Shown here piece by piece: positions 37,276 through 47,300 of a stretch of 64,000 nucleotides of DNA. Source of the DNA: a virus; the IMG/VR virus record IMGVR_UViG_3300021335_000009, positions 20,170 through 84,169 of that record, one strand, 5' to 3'. Within the stretch, counting starts at the first letter, position 1, and every line of letters begins with the position of its first letter. The translations under genes were made by a program, and so were the position numbers. The notes under the pieces are model-generated. The model saw only the letters and a program-made list of their open reading frames with translations, searched no databases and was not told the origin of the DNA.

Positions 37276-37347
37276 AGTTCCATAGTTTAATCGGCAAAAA
37301 TCCCGTAGTCACATTCGGAGTCCCCAGTTCAAATCTGGGTGGAACTT
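37276..37347 (+). tRNA. tRNA-like element 2 (6-nt anticodon loop GTCACA)
   Basis: Acceptor AGTTCCA/TGGAACT, canonical T arm CCCAG-TTCAAAT-CTGGG, D arm TAGTTTAATCGG, anticodon stem CCGTA/TTCGG. Confidence 0.7.
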
Positions 37348-37367
37348 ACACAATAACACCTCTCACG

Positions 37368-37429
37368 CCTTTGGTCTGCATTGCGGACGCTTAATGGACT
37401 GAGCTTTTCTCGGTCGGGCGCACCAGAGG
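37368..37429 (+). ncRNA. Small multi-helix RNA element
   Basis: CCTTTGGT/ACCAGAGG closing stem around a GACTGAG/CTCGGTC hairpin. A GTCTGC/GCGGAC hairpin overlaps the 5' arm by 2 nt. Confidence 0.55.
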
Positions 37430-37455
37430 GGCTACTTTTAAAATAAAATAAAAAA

Positions 37456-37866
37456 ATGAAATTTAAATCCATCACATCTGGAAAAGAAAAATATTTAAAA
37501 AATCCATTTAGATTCAAGATAAAATGGAACGGCAAATGCAGAAGCAAATTTCAGTCTGAAGTGAGAAAGTATTTGTATAATTATTGGAAATACGATAGCG
37601 TTTACGAAGAATTTCCCATAATAGGAACCAAGCTTTCTTTGGATTTTTACAATCACACAAAAAAAATAGCAATAGAAGTTCAAGGAGCTCAACATTTTAA
37701 GTTTGTAAAACACTTTCACAAAACAAAAGCTAATTTTTTAAGACAAATTCGCAGAGATGATAAAAAAATGGAATTTTGCGAATTAAACGACATCAAACTT
37801 ATAGAAATTTATCCAGACGATGAATTATCTGAAGATTTTTTTATAAAAATGCTGCATTCGGTGTAA
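37456..37866 (+). CDS. Vsr/DUF559-like endonuclease
   Basis: YEEF...LDFY...IAIEVQGAQH...RDDKK motif. Confidence 0.75.
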   Translation: MKFKSITSGKEKYLKNPFRFKIKWNGKCRSKFQSEVRKYLYNYWKYDSVYEEFPIIGTKLSLDFYNHTKKIAIEVQGAQHFKFVKHFHKTKANFLRQIRRDDKKMEFCELNDIKLIEIYPDDELSEDFFIKMLHSV

Positions 37867-37876
37867 TATAACACAA

Positions 37877-38116
37877 ATGGAAAAACCTAAATTTAAACAA
37901 TTTCAGCTTCCAGAAGCTATTTTAAACCAACTGTACGAACTAACTGGAGGCGCAGATTGTTACAAAGGTTTTTTTATTGCTTATTGCGATGAAGAAGGTA
38001 GTCCAATAATATACACAAGTTGTGATTCTCAAATTACTGAATCGGGGCTACTTAAATCAATGGAAAATTTTTTAAAAAATTACAGTCAAAACAATCTTGA
38101 AATAAGCCAGCATTAA
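37877..38116 (+). CDS. Hypothetical protein
   Basis: 79-aa ORF, 10 nt behind GTGTAA (37861-37866). Confidence 0.65.
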   Translation: MEKPKFKQFQLPEAILNQLYELTGGADCYKGFFIAYCDEEGSPIIYTSCDSQITESGLLKSMENFLKNYSQNNLEISQH

Positions 38117-38157
38117 AAACTTCTTGACTATTTTGCCTTTTGTGATAATATAAGAGG

Positions 38158-40344
38158 ATGATATATAGTCTTGAAATTGAAAAACAAGTTTTAGCAGCTT
38201 TCATACAAAAGCCCAAGCTTTTAGTAAATTTTAATCATTTGATTAGCGAGGCCGATTTTCACAATGGCTCTCTTTTACATAAGACTCTTTTTGCTGTTTT
38301 AAAAAAAGCCTGCCAACAAGAAGAGTCTATTGACGAAGTTGTATTGGTTCAAAGAGTTAAAGAGCTTGGAATAAAATTCGAAGAAGATCTGTCTCTTATT
38401 GATTATGTAAAATCATTGTCGATGAGAAAGATTCATTCCGAAGAAAAAATCAAATCTGTTGTCCAAGAATTAAAAAAGTATAGCGTAAGGCGAGAAATAT
38501 ACAAAACAGCAAAAGACATAGCTGATTCGATGAAAACTATGTCTCCAAATGAATCGTATTTAGGCATAATTGAATCTGCGGATAAAATTTACAACGATAA
38601 AGTAAATTTATTTGAAGTGGGCAACGATGTTCCAGAAAACATTTACGACTCAATGGAGGAATTCATTGAAGAAAGAGGAAATAACCCTATTGAAGAATTT
38701 GGCATGATGGGGCCACATAAAAAAGTTAATGATATTTATGGCTCTCTTTTAAGACCAGGGAATATTACGGTATTTGTTGCTCGCTCAGGAGTCGGCAAAA
38801 TGAACCCTTTATACACAAAGGTATTAACTCCTGACGGTTTTACTGAAATGAGAAATATTTCAGTAGGGTCTGAGGTTGTTTGTCCTAATGGAAAAATTTC
38901 AAAAGTTTTAAAAACATTTGACCATAAGAATAAAGATGTCTATAGAGTGACTTTTGAAGATGGAAGATATAGTGATTGTGGATTAGAGCACTTATGGAAA
39001 GTCTCTTACAAAAACAAAAGTTTTAAGTCTAACTGGGTAGTTTCAGATACGCAACAAATTAAAAATGTATTAAACGAAGGCCATGAAGTTTACATTCCTT
39101 TAGTTCCTGAAATCAAAAATTATGAAGAAAAACTAAAAAAATTAAAACTCTTTATTAAAGAAAGGACGGAATCTTCTCAAGAAGATCCTAACAGTTTAAA
39201 TTACCTAACAAAAACAAAAACATTAGCAGAAAAAGTTCAAAAATTTGCATGGGCTTTGGGGGCAAAAGCAAAAATTTCAAGTTTAAAAATTTCTGACGAT
39301 GACATATTCAAAGTTAAAATTGAAATCCCTGATTTTAGAAACGAAAACTCTACAAAACTTCAAATTGTAGCCGTTCAAAAACTAGAAAAAAAAGAAGACT
39401 GCCGATGCATACAAATTGACGAAAAAGAGCATTTATACATTATTGATGAATTTATTGTTACGCATAACACTCAATTATGCATGGATTATTCCACTAAGGT
39501 TTCCGCAAAATATGATGTACCTGTATTGCATTTTGATAATGGAGAAATGAGCAAAGATGAACTGGTAATTCGTCAATGTGCAGCTCTTTCTGGAGTTCCT
39601 CCCCACTTATTAGAAAGTGGCAAATGGAGGCAGGCTGGAGACGAAACCGTTCAAAAAGTAAGAAGCGTTTGGAAAAAAATAAAAAATTTAAAATTTTACT
39701 ATTATAATGTAGGAGGAATGGAAGTAGATTCCATGATTAACACATTAAAAAGGTTTTATTATTCTAAAGTGGGCAGAGGAAACAAAATGATATTTTCTTT
39801 TGATTATATTAAGACCTCTTCAGATAGCGGATTTGGCAATAAAAATGAATGGCAGCTTGTAGGAGAAATGGTAGACAAGTTTAAAAAAACCATCCAAAAA
39901 GAAATTTTGGAAGACGGAGCTCCAGTAATACCAATGATTACATCTGTGCAGTCCAATAGAAGCGGAATAACAACAAACAGAAATAGCTCTAACATTATTG
40001 ACGACGAATCTGTGGTTTCTCTTTCTGACAGGATCACTCAGTTTTGCTCTCACATGTTTATTTTAAGACAAAAAACTAATGACGAAATGGCAGAAGAGGG
40101 TAGTCAATTTGGGACGCACAAATTAATTAATGTAAAATCTAGACACTTGGGTAAAGATGTTGCTGGTGCGGTAGAGCCTGTTCAAGTAGGAGACGATCTT
40201 AGAAAAAACTTCATTAATTTATCTTTTAGAAACTTTAACATAACAGAATGTGGGGATTTAAGAGATATTGTTTATTTTAGAAATTCTTCTGAAGATTTAT
40301 CTACAGATTCTGTCGATAATGTTCCTTCGTTTGATGATTTATGA
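38158..40344 (+). CDS. dnaB: Replicative DNA helicase with intein
   Basis: DnaB N-terminal domain, Walker A ARSGVGK/T split by an intein, GEMS, FDYI and SVQSNR motifs. Confidence 0.9.
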   Translation: MIYSLEIEKQVLAAFIQKPKLLVNFNHLISEADFHNGSLLHKTLFAVLKKACQQEESIDEVVLVQRVKELGIKFEEDLSLIDYVKSLSMRKIHSEEKIKSVVQELKKYSVRREIYKTAKDIADSMKTMSPNESYLGIIESADKIYNDKVNLFEVGNDVPENIYDSMEEFIEERGNNPIEEFGMMGPHKKVNDIYGSLLRPGNITVFVARSGVGKMNPLYTKVLTPDGFTEMRNISVGSEVVCPNGKISKVLKTFDHKNKDVYRVTFEDGRYSDCGLEHLWKVSYKNKSFKSNWVVSDTQQIKNVLNEGHEVYIPLVPEIKNYEEKLKKLKLFIKERTESSQEDPNSLNYLTKTKTLAEKVQKFAWALGAKAKISSLKISDDDIFKVKIEIPDFRNENSTKLQIVAVQKLEKKEDCRCIQIDEKEHLYIIDEFIVTHNTQLCMDYSTKVSAKYDVPVLHFDNGEMSKDELVIRQCAALSGVPPHLLESGKWRQAGDETVQKVRSVWKKIKNLKFYYYNVGGMEVDSMINTLKRFYYSKVGRGNKMIFSFDYIKTSSDSGFGNKNEWQLVGEMVDKFKKTIQKEILEDGAPVIPMITSVQSNRSGITTNRNSSNIIDDESVVSLSDRITQFCSHMFILRQKTNDEMAEEGSQFGTHKLINVKSRHLGKDVAGAVEPVQVGDDLRKNFINLSFRNFNITECGDLRDIVYFRNSSEDLSTDSVDNVPSFDDL
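38800..39468 (+). mobile_element. Class 3 intein (223 aa, Met1, reduced endonuclease region) in the DnaB P-loop
   Basis: MNPLYTKVLTPDG...EHLW...CRCIQI...IVTHN followed by T. W/C/T triplet present. Confidence 0.85.
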
Positions 40345-41387
40345 GCTCTTACAAATCCTCATTAGAAAAATTAGGGTACAGGCTTCAAGATTTTGGAGAT
40401 CATTGGAGAACTCGCGCTGTTTACAGAAATGGAAAAACAGCAACGTCAGTCCTCATTTACAAAAACTCTGGAGTTTGGAGAGATTTTGGAGGGGATGAAC
40501 AATCAAAGCCTTTTGAACTTTTAGTTCAAGAAACTTTAAAAACAAAAGACCCTAAAATACTAAAGCAGTATTTAATTAATGGCTCTCAAAGCAACCAGCC
40601 CAAACAAGTAATTTATGAAAGAATAGAAATGGAAAAAATTTATCCAAAAGAATATTTGCAAGAACTTTTGCCAATTACTGAGTTTTACGAAAAAAAGAAA
40701 ATACAAATTTCTGTTCAAAAAGAATTTGATTGCGGGTATGCAGGCTCAGGAAAAATGTATAGGCGCATTGTTTTTCCTATTTATAATTTAGATGGGCAAA
40801 TACATGGCTTTTCGGGAAGAACTGTTGCAACTCAGAAAGACTCTTCGACAGGAATTCAGCCTCCAAAATGGAAACATATAGGCAAAAAACATAATTGGAT
40901 TTATCCACATCATATTTCACGAGACCACATTAGCGAAAAAAAAGAAGTTATTTTGGTCGAAAGCATAGGGGATTGTTTAGCTTTGAATCAGTCTGGATAC
41001 AAAAATGTTCTTGTTACATTTGGTTTAACTGCGTCATCAAAACTTATATCTTATTTAAATGCATTTGATTTAGATAGGATTATAATATCTACAAATGACG
41101 ATTCTTCAAAAGAAGAGAATGGAGGTCAAATTGCTGCAATAAAAACAGCAGCTAAGTTATCTCAAATTTTTGACTTAGACTTAATAAAAATTAACCCTCC
41201 AACAAGTAACGACTTTGGAGACATGCTTCAAGAAAATGAATGTTTTGAAACATGGTATCAAAGAAAAGACCGTTGGGCTTTAAGCGATCCAAAAATTCAG
41301 CTTTGGATAGTAAAAAAAATACAAACGTCGGAAAAACTAAGTAAAAGTGTCGATTGCAAAAAGTTAATAAAAATTTTAAAAAAATGA
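40341..41387 (+). CDS. DNA primase (DnaG-like, TOPRIM)
   Basis: RIVFPI...GFSGR, PKW, ILVESIGD, STNDD and NDFGD motifs. Confidence 0.88.
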   Translation: MSSYKSSLEKLGYRLQDFGDHWRTRAVYRNGKTATSVLIYKNSGVWRDFGGDEQSKPFELLVQETLKTKDPKILKQYLINGSQSNQPKQVIYERIEMEKIYPKEYLQELLPITEFYEKKKIQISVQKEFDCGYAGSGKMYRRIVFPIYNLDGQIHGFSGRTVATQKDSSTGIQPPKWKHIGKKHNWIYPHHISRDHISEKKEVILVESIGDCLALNQSGYKNVLVTFGLTASSKLISYLNAFDLDRIIISTNDDSSKEENGGQIAAIKTAAKLSQIFDLDLIKINPPTSNDFGDMLQENECFETWYQRKDRWALSDPKIQLWIVKKIQTSEKLSKSVDCKKLIKILKK

Positions 41388-42376
41388 AAGTAAAATTATC
41401 TGCTAGTAGAATAAAAACAGCTCAATCTTGTAGTTGGAGGTACTATTGTTCTTATATCTTAAAACTTCCAGACAAGAGTAATGATGGAGCGAGCAGAGGA
41501 TCTGTGTGTCATAATGTTTTTGAGTATTTATCAAAATTAAAAACAAAAAATTACTACAATAAGATTGTAAAAAATCAAGACCCTTTTTGCGTTCCTGCCG
41601 TGAAAAAGATGATAACATCTATGGCCAAAGAGCTAAAAGTAGATGACGAAGAAAACATGGCTTTGATTAAAGAAATGATTCTTAATGGATTAAGTTGTGA
41701 TTTTCATGGAGAAGAACTAGGCGTTCCTGACGAAGCTCATGCAGAGTTAAATTTTGATATAGAAGCTAACGGCTATCACATTAGAGGTTTTATTGACCAG
41801 CTTTTTTTGTACAAAGATAAAAAAATAGCGTTGATAAGAGACTACAAAACTTCAAAATCAGTATTTCAAGGAAAAGAAATTTCAGATAACTTGCAAGACT
41901 ACATATATTGTTTAGCTATAAAACATCTTTTTCCAGAATATGAGAACAGGCAATCAGAATTTTTGTTTTTAAAATTCGACTTAAAAAATAAAGGAAGATT
42001 AAAAATGGAATCCATTGAAGAGGATGATATGGATGGATTCGAAATACAACTATCTTCTATTCAAAACTGGTTAGAAAACTTCGACGAAAATGACGCAAAA
42101 TCTAATTTTGCAGCAAAAAAGAGGTATCCTACCGATAAGAGCTTTAGCGGCCCTTTAATGTGCGGTTTTGCCAAAACAAAGGGGCAATTAAAAATAGATG
42201 GATCTCCAATGTGGGCATGCCCAATGAGGCATCCGTTTTCTTATGTTAAAATTTTAGATTCAAAAGGTAATTTTTTAAAATCTGTTTTTGAAGAAGATTT
42301 TTCAGAAGAAGATGTTCCAGAAAACGGAAGTTTTGAAAAACAAGAATATTTAGGATGTCCACACTTTTATAATTGA
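41384..42376 (+). CDS. Cas4/RecB-like PD-(D/E)XK exonuclease
   Basis: LSASRIK...C, RGFIDQL, IRDYKT, plus C-terminal cysteines (possible Fe-S). ATG at 41384 overlaps the primase stop. Confidence 0.8.
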   Translation: MKVKLSASRIKTAQSCSWRYYCSYILKLPDKSNDGASRGSVCHNVFEYLSKLKTKNYYNKIVKNQDPFCVPAVKKMITSMAKELKVDDEENMALIKEMILNGLSCDFHGEELGVPDEAHAELNFDIEANGYHIRGFIDQLFLYKDKKIALIRDYKTSKSVFQGKEISDNLQDYIYCLAIKHLFPEYENRQSEFLFLKFDLKNKGRLKMESIEEDDMDGFEIQLSSIQNWLENFDENDAKSNFAAKKRYPTDKSFSGPLMCGFAKTKGQLKIDGSPMWACPMRHPFSYVKILDSKGNFLKSVFEEDFSEEDVPENGSFEKQEYLGCPHFYN

Positions 42377-42407
42377 CTTTGTGTAAAACCTAAATAACAT
42401 AAGAAGT

Positions 42408-43082
42408 ATGTTACCTTTGTTCAAAACACATGCTTCGATTGGCAAAAGCATTCTTCGTATTGAAGATGTAAAACGAATATCTGACCAAAACAAACTTGAT
42501 GAAGTTTATTTTGTAGAAGATACTATGGTTAGTTTTCCAGAAGCCTTTAGGGTATTTGGAGAAAAATTGAGATTTGGATATAGGTTTTTTGTTTTTAATG
42601 ATGACGAATCAGAAGATTCAAAAAGCAGAATGGTTGTCTTTGCTAGTGGGGACGATGGATGCAAAGAGTTATATGATCTTTACACAAGAAGTTTTAATGA
42701 AAAGTTAAAAACCCCTTGGGATGATTATAAAAACTTAAAATTTGTAGTTCCGTTTTATGACTCCTTTCTTCATAAAAATTTAGTTAGTTTTTCTAACTGC
42801 ATGCCAAGCATACCAGATAAAATAATTTTTTTTATAGAACAAAATAACTTACCTTTTGACCAGTTTATTGAAGAAGCAGTAAAGCGCTGCGTTATGTCAA
42901 ACCCCAAAAGAAAAATAATTAAATCAAAGTCAATTTATTACGAAAAGAAAAAAGATATTGAAGCTTTTCAAACTTATAAAGTGGCTTGTAATAGACAAAT
43001 GGGTAGAAATTTTGATTTATCAAACCCAAATCTTGAGGCTTTTGGGAGCGATTGTTTTTGCATAGAAGATTGGGAAAAATAA
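42408..43082 (+). CDS. Stand-alone PHP domain of DNA polymerase III alpha (degenerate)
   Basis: FKTHASIGKSIL...FVED...LRFG...VVFA pattern follows the DnaE N-terminus. TTGACT-N16-TAACAT upstream. Confidence 0.65.
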   Translation: MLPLFKTHASIGKSILRIEDVKRISDQNKLDEVYFVEDTMVSFPEAFRVFGEKLRFGYRFFVFNDDESEDSKSRMVVFASGDDGCKELYDLYTRSFNEKLKTPWDDYKNLKFVVPFYDSFLHKNLVSFSNCMPSIPDKIIFFIEQNNLPFDQFIEEAVKRCVMSNPKRKIIKSKSIYYEKKKDIEAFQTYKVACNRQMGRNFDLSNPNLEAFGSDCFCIEDWEK

Positions 43083-43759
43083 TGGAAGACTTATTAAGAT
43101 TTAAATTTAATCAAAAATATATTAATTTTGACGCGGAAACAGAGGGTCTCAACCTCGTTTCTTCTCGCCCTTGGCAAATTAGCTGGATAGAAGCAGTGGG
43201 AAAAAAAATAACCGCCAGAAAAAATAAATTTATTTGGTGGGATGATTTAGACATCAGCAATGCGGCTGCTATAGTAACTAGATTTGACAAAAGATATTAC
43301 TTCGATGAAGGTTTGCAAAACAAAACATATCGGATTGATGAAAAAGTTTTTAAAACAGAAAGTCCTCTGTCTGTATATTCAGAAATAATAAACAAATTAA
43401 ATCAAAAAGATTTTATAATTGTCGGCCAAAATATTCTTGGCTATGACATCTATATTTTGGGGGTATTAGCAAAAAAATTAGGATTAAAAATTGACTACTC
43501 TTTTGTTAGTAGAATTTTTGACACAAAGGCCGTGGCAATGGCACTTGCAAAAGAAAATAAAACTCCTGATAAAGAAGATTTTCTATCTTGGCAAATTAAA
43601 TTTTTAAACCATAGAGAAAGAAAAATAAAAACAAATCAAAAATTTTTGCTACAAAAATACGAAATAGACTTCGAAGAATCAAAACTTCACGATGGTATTT
43701 ATGATGTTGAAAAAAACTTTGAGATTTTTCAAAAACAAATTTGGGAATTAGACATTTAA
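43082..43759 (+). CDS. DnaQ-like DEDDh 3'-5' exonuclease
   Basis: FDAETEGL, GQNILGYD, FDT, LHDGIYDV motifs. TAATG coupling at 43082. Confidence 0.85.
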   Translation: MEDLLRFKFNQKYINFDAETEGLNLVSSRPWQISWIEAVGKKITARKNKFIWWDDLDISNAAAIVTRFDKRYYFDEGLQNKTYRIDEKVFKTESPLSVYSEIINKLNQKDFIIVGQNILGYDIYILGVLAKKLGLKIDYSFVSRIFDTKAVAMALAKENKTPDKEDFLSWQIKFLNHRERKIKTNQKFLLQKYEIDFEESKLHDGIYDVEKNFEIFQKQIWELDI

Positions 43760-43787
43760 AAAACAAATACAGAACTAAATTTAAATT

Positions 43788-44318
43788 ATGGACAAAGTAG
43801 ACTCAAGATACCCTCATACTTACGCCTGCGATTACCTTCGCGAAAAAGTCACAAACGATGATGGCACTATGCTGTCACGAGCGGTTATGGCAGAAGCTCA
43901 GGCCGTTATTGCTGATGCAATGGGAGTTGACGAAAAGGTAGTTTCTAACTCTCTTGCGGACAAGTTTATTGGAGCAGATAAAAAAACAACAACATCTAAC
44001 TTTAATCACTTAGCTTTGTTAGAAAAATGGGAGAAAAGTTTTTTCACTTTAGAAAAAGAGTATAATAAGCTAAAAGATGTTTTTTACATTAGTCCCGAAA
44101 GTAAAATGAGTAAATCAATGCATCTAGTATTTGATAGTTACACGGACTCTTTAGAAAGCTTTTTAAAAGATGATGAAGAGTGGATGCTTTGGTATTGCTG
44201 GGAAAACGACATGGGAAGAAAAAAAATGCAGGCAAAAGCTGCAAATTGGTCAGAAAGCAAGCCTATCTGCAATATTCAAGACCTTCTTTCTTTAATTGCT
44301 AATCAAGCAGATAGCTAA
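43788..44318 (+). CDS. Hypothetical protein
   Basis: 176-aa ORF, apparently two parts, with C-terminal WMLWYCWENDMG. Confidence 0.65.
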   Translation: MDKVDSRYPHTYACDYLREKVTNDDGTMLSRAVMAEAQAVIADAMGVDEKVVSNSLADKFIGADKKTTTSNFNHLALLEKWEKSFFTLEKEYNKLKDVFYISPESKMSKSMHLVFDSYTDSLESFLKDDEEWMLWYCWENDMGRKKMQAKAANWSESKPICNIQDLLSLIANQADS

Positions 44319-44332
44319 AAACAAAATAAAAA

Positions 44333-47300
44333 ATGTTAAATTTAAAGCCTTACGCAGACCCAATGCCAGCAGGAGTAATCTTGCCAAAAATTGAAGTAGA
44401 AAGGAAAGTTTATTATGATTTAGATTTAGACCCTAAGACTTCAAATTTTAATTTGCTTAGAGCTTTGTGCTTAAGAGGGGTCGAGCAAAGGCAAATAAAC
44501 AAACTAAAAAATAAAAACGAGTATTACGACAGAGTAAAAATGGAACTGTCTGTATTGCAAGAGCTTGGTTTTGTAGATTATATTCTTTTAAATTGGGACG
44601 TTCTTAATTTTTGCCATCGCAATGAGATACCTACAGGTCCAGGAAGAGGATCAGCAGCAGGGTCTCTAGTCTTGTACCTTCTTAAGGTAACAGACATTGA
44701 TCCAATAAAATATGATTTGTTCTTTGAAAGATTTGTTTCCAAAAGCAGAGCTAAAAAAATAACTCACAAAGGAATAGATTATATTGACGGATCTCTTTGC
44801 CCCGATGTTGATAATGATATATCGTATGACAGAAGAAGCGAAGTTATTGAATATATTGAAAAAAAACACAAAGGGAAAACCTGCAAAATTCTAACTCTTA
44901 ATACTTTAAGCAGCAAATTATGCATTAAAGAATGCGCGAAAATTGTTGCGGGAATGTCGGAAGAGGAAGTTAATGAAATTAGTTCTTTTATTCCTAAAGA
45001 GTTTGGGAAAGTGGCAAATCTTCAAAAAGCTTATGACGAAAGTGATAAATTTAAAAAATTTGCAAATCGCAATAAAAAAACATTTGAAATAGCAAAAAAA
45101 TTAGAAGGTTTGAATAAAAATACAGGAGTTCACCCTTCGGGAATTGCTATTAGCTCTTGTCAAGTTGAGCAAATAATGCCCATGCAAAAAACAAATGATG
45201 GGCAGCTTGTTTCAGCTTACGACATGAATGATGTAGCCTCTTTAATGGTAAAGTTTGACATATTGGGGTTAAGGACACTTTCTGTTATTCATGATACATG
45301 CAAACAACTAAATAAAAACATTGAAGATATAGATACGGAAGACGAAAATCTTTATAAAAATTTTAAAAATATTGAAGCTTCCAAGGGCCTTTTTCAAATT
45401 GAAGCTGATACAAATTTTAAAGTTTGTAAAAAAATAGAGCCTAAAAATTTAGAGCAATTATCTGCGGTTGTTGCTATTGCTCGTCCAGGAGCTCTTGATT
45501 ACTTAAATACTTATTCTGATTACGTAAAAACTGGAGAATTTCAATCTGTAAATAGCTTTTTTGACGATATTCTTTCTTATACTGGAGGCATCCCCTTGTT
45601 TCAAGAGCAGTTAATGAAGATGGCGGTAAAGGTAGGATTTACGTTAGATGAATCTGAGCAAATTAGGCGATGCGTTACTGGGGATACCAGATTCATGTCG
45701 AAAAGCAGAGGATGGATAAAAATAGATGACCTGCTTAAAGAAGGTTACAAAGATGATGAGTTTTTACTAATTGACGAATGGGGAAATGAAATTTGGAAAC
45801 CTATTTCTGATATTTGGTCTAATGGGAAAAAGCAAGTTAAATATGTAGAAGCGGACAATGGAATGACTGTAAAGGCGTCTCAACATCATCAGTTTTTTAC
45901 TGATAATGGTTGGAAAGCTAGAAATAGATTATTAAATAGTGACTATCTAGGGATTACTTTTAATGCTGATAATTTTGGTCAAAAAACTATAAGTAGTGAT
46001 CTTGCTGTAGTTTTAGCTGGAATGATGACAGAAGGGTATTTTGTTCATGGAAAAATGGCAACATTTACTAATTTTGATAAAGACGTTTATGATCAATTTT
46101 TAAAAAGCTCAATAAAGGTTTTTGGGTCTGACAATGTTAGACAAAGAAAATGTGGCAAAGTAATAGGTTTAACCTTGTTAGCTCAAAATGTATTGCTAAA
46201 ATACATGAAAAGAGGCAAAAGCGCCAACAAAACAATTCCAGAAATAATTTTTAGACAAGATAAAAATACAATATCAAAGTTTATATCTTTTGTTTTTGCT
46301 TGCGAAGGAACAATAACAGAACAAGAACTTTCTATTACTTCAAAAAGTAGAGGGTTAATAAACAAGGTTCAGTTGCTTTTTTGTCAATACGGAATAAGAA
46401 CGTACACAAACATTAAGAAAAATAAAGAATATGGAGATTACCATGTTTTGCATGTTTCATCTTCTATGAAAGCTAAGCACTTAAAACTATTTAGAGAAAA
46501 TTTTTCTGAATATCTTCAAGAGTACAAATTAAAAAAAATAGACAAGCACTTATCAAAAAAAGAAAACTCCTGTTTTTCAGGATCAACAGGAGAAGATATT
46601 CCTTTTAATATTGTTCAAAAATTTATGAACCAGTATCCACACGTACCTAATTCTTTAAAATGTGCAAGTGGGAGGCTTTATAAAAACGGAACAAATATTA
46701 ATACTGATGTATTTAAAAAGTTTTGTAAAAAATCTAAAGACTCAAAATGGCAACAATTTGCCAAAGGAAGCCTTAATTTTTCAAAAGTAAAAAATTTAAA
46801 TAAAGAAATTAGAGAAGTTGAGGTGTTTGACTTTTCGGTAGATGAATCTACTCCTTTCATAGTTGCAAATGGAATGATTATTCATAACTGCGTCGGCAAG
46901 AAAAAAATCAAAGAAATGGCAACATGGGAAGAAAAAATAAAAAACAAGATTGAAGAAAACAACCTAGATAAAAATGTTGGAGAAGTTCTTTGGAAAGTTG
47001 CTGAAGATAGCGCTAAGTATAGTTTTAATAAAAGCCACGCTGTTTCATACGCCACTGTAAGCGCAATGACAGCATATTTAAAATTTAAATATCCCAAGGA
47101 GTTCTTTTTAAGCCTTCTTAAAATGACAAAGCATGAGCCAGATTCTCACGCAGAAATCGCTTTGGTTAATCAGGAACTGTGTTTATTTAATATAAAACTA
47201 CTACCTCCTGACTTATCAAAATCTAATATTGACTTTGATATAGAAGGAAACAATATTAGGTATGGATTAAACAGCATAAAAGGCGTTTCCGAGAAAACTT

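Noticed and set aside
36837-37547. Short ORFs over the GC-rich intergenic region
   Set aside because: Overlap on both strands, mostly non-ATG starts, atypical composition. Better explained by RNA structure.
41384-42376. Cas4 as evidence of a CRISPR system
   Set aside because: Solo Cas4-like nucleases are common in phage replication modules. No cas1/cas2 or array is present.
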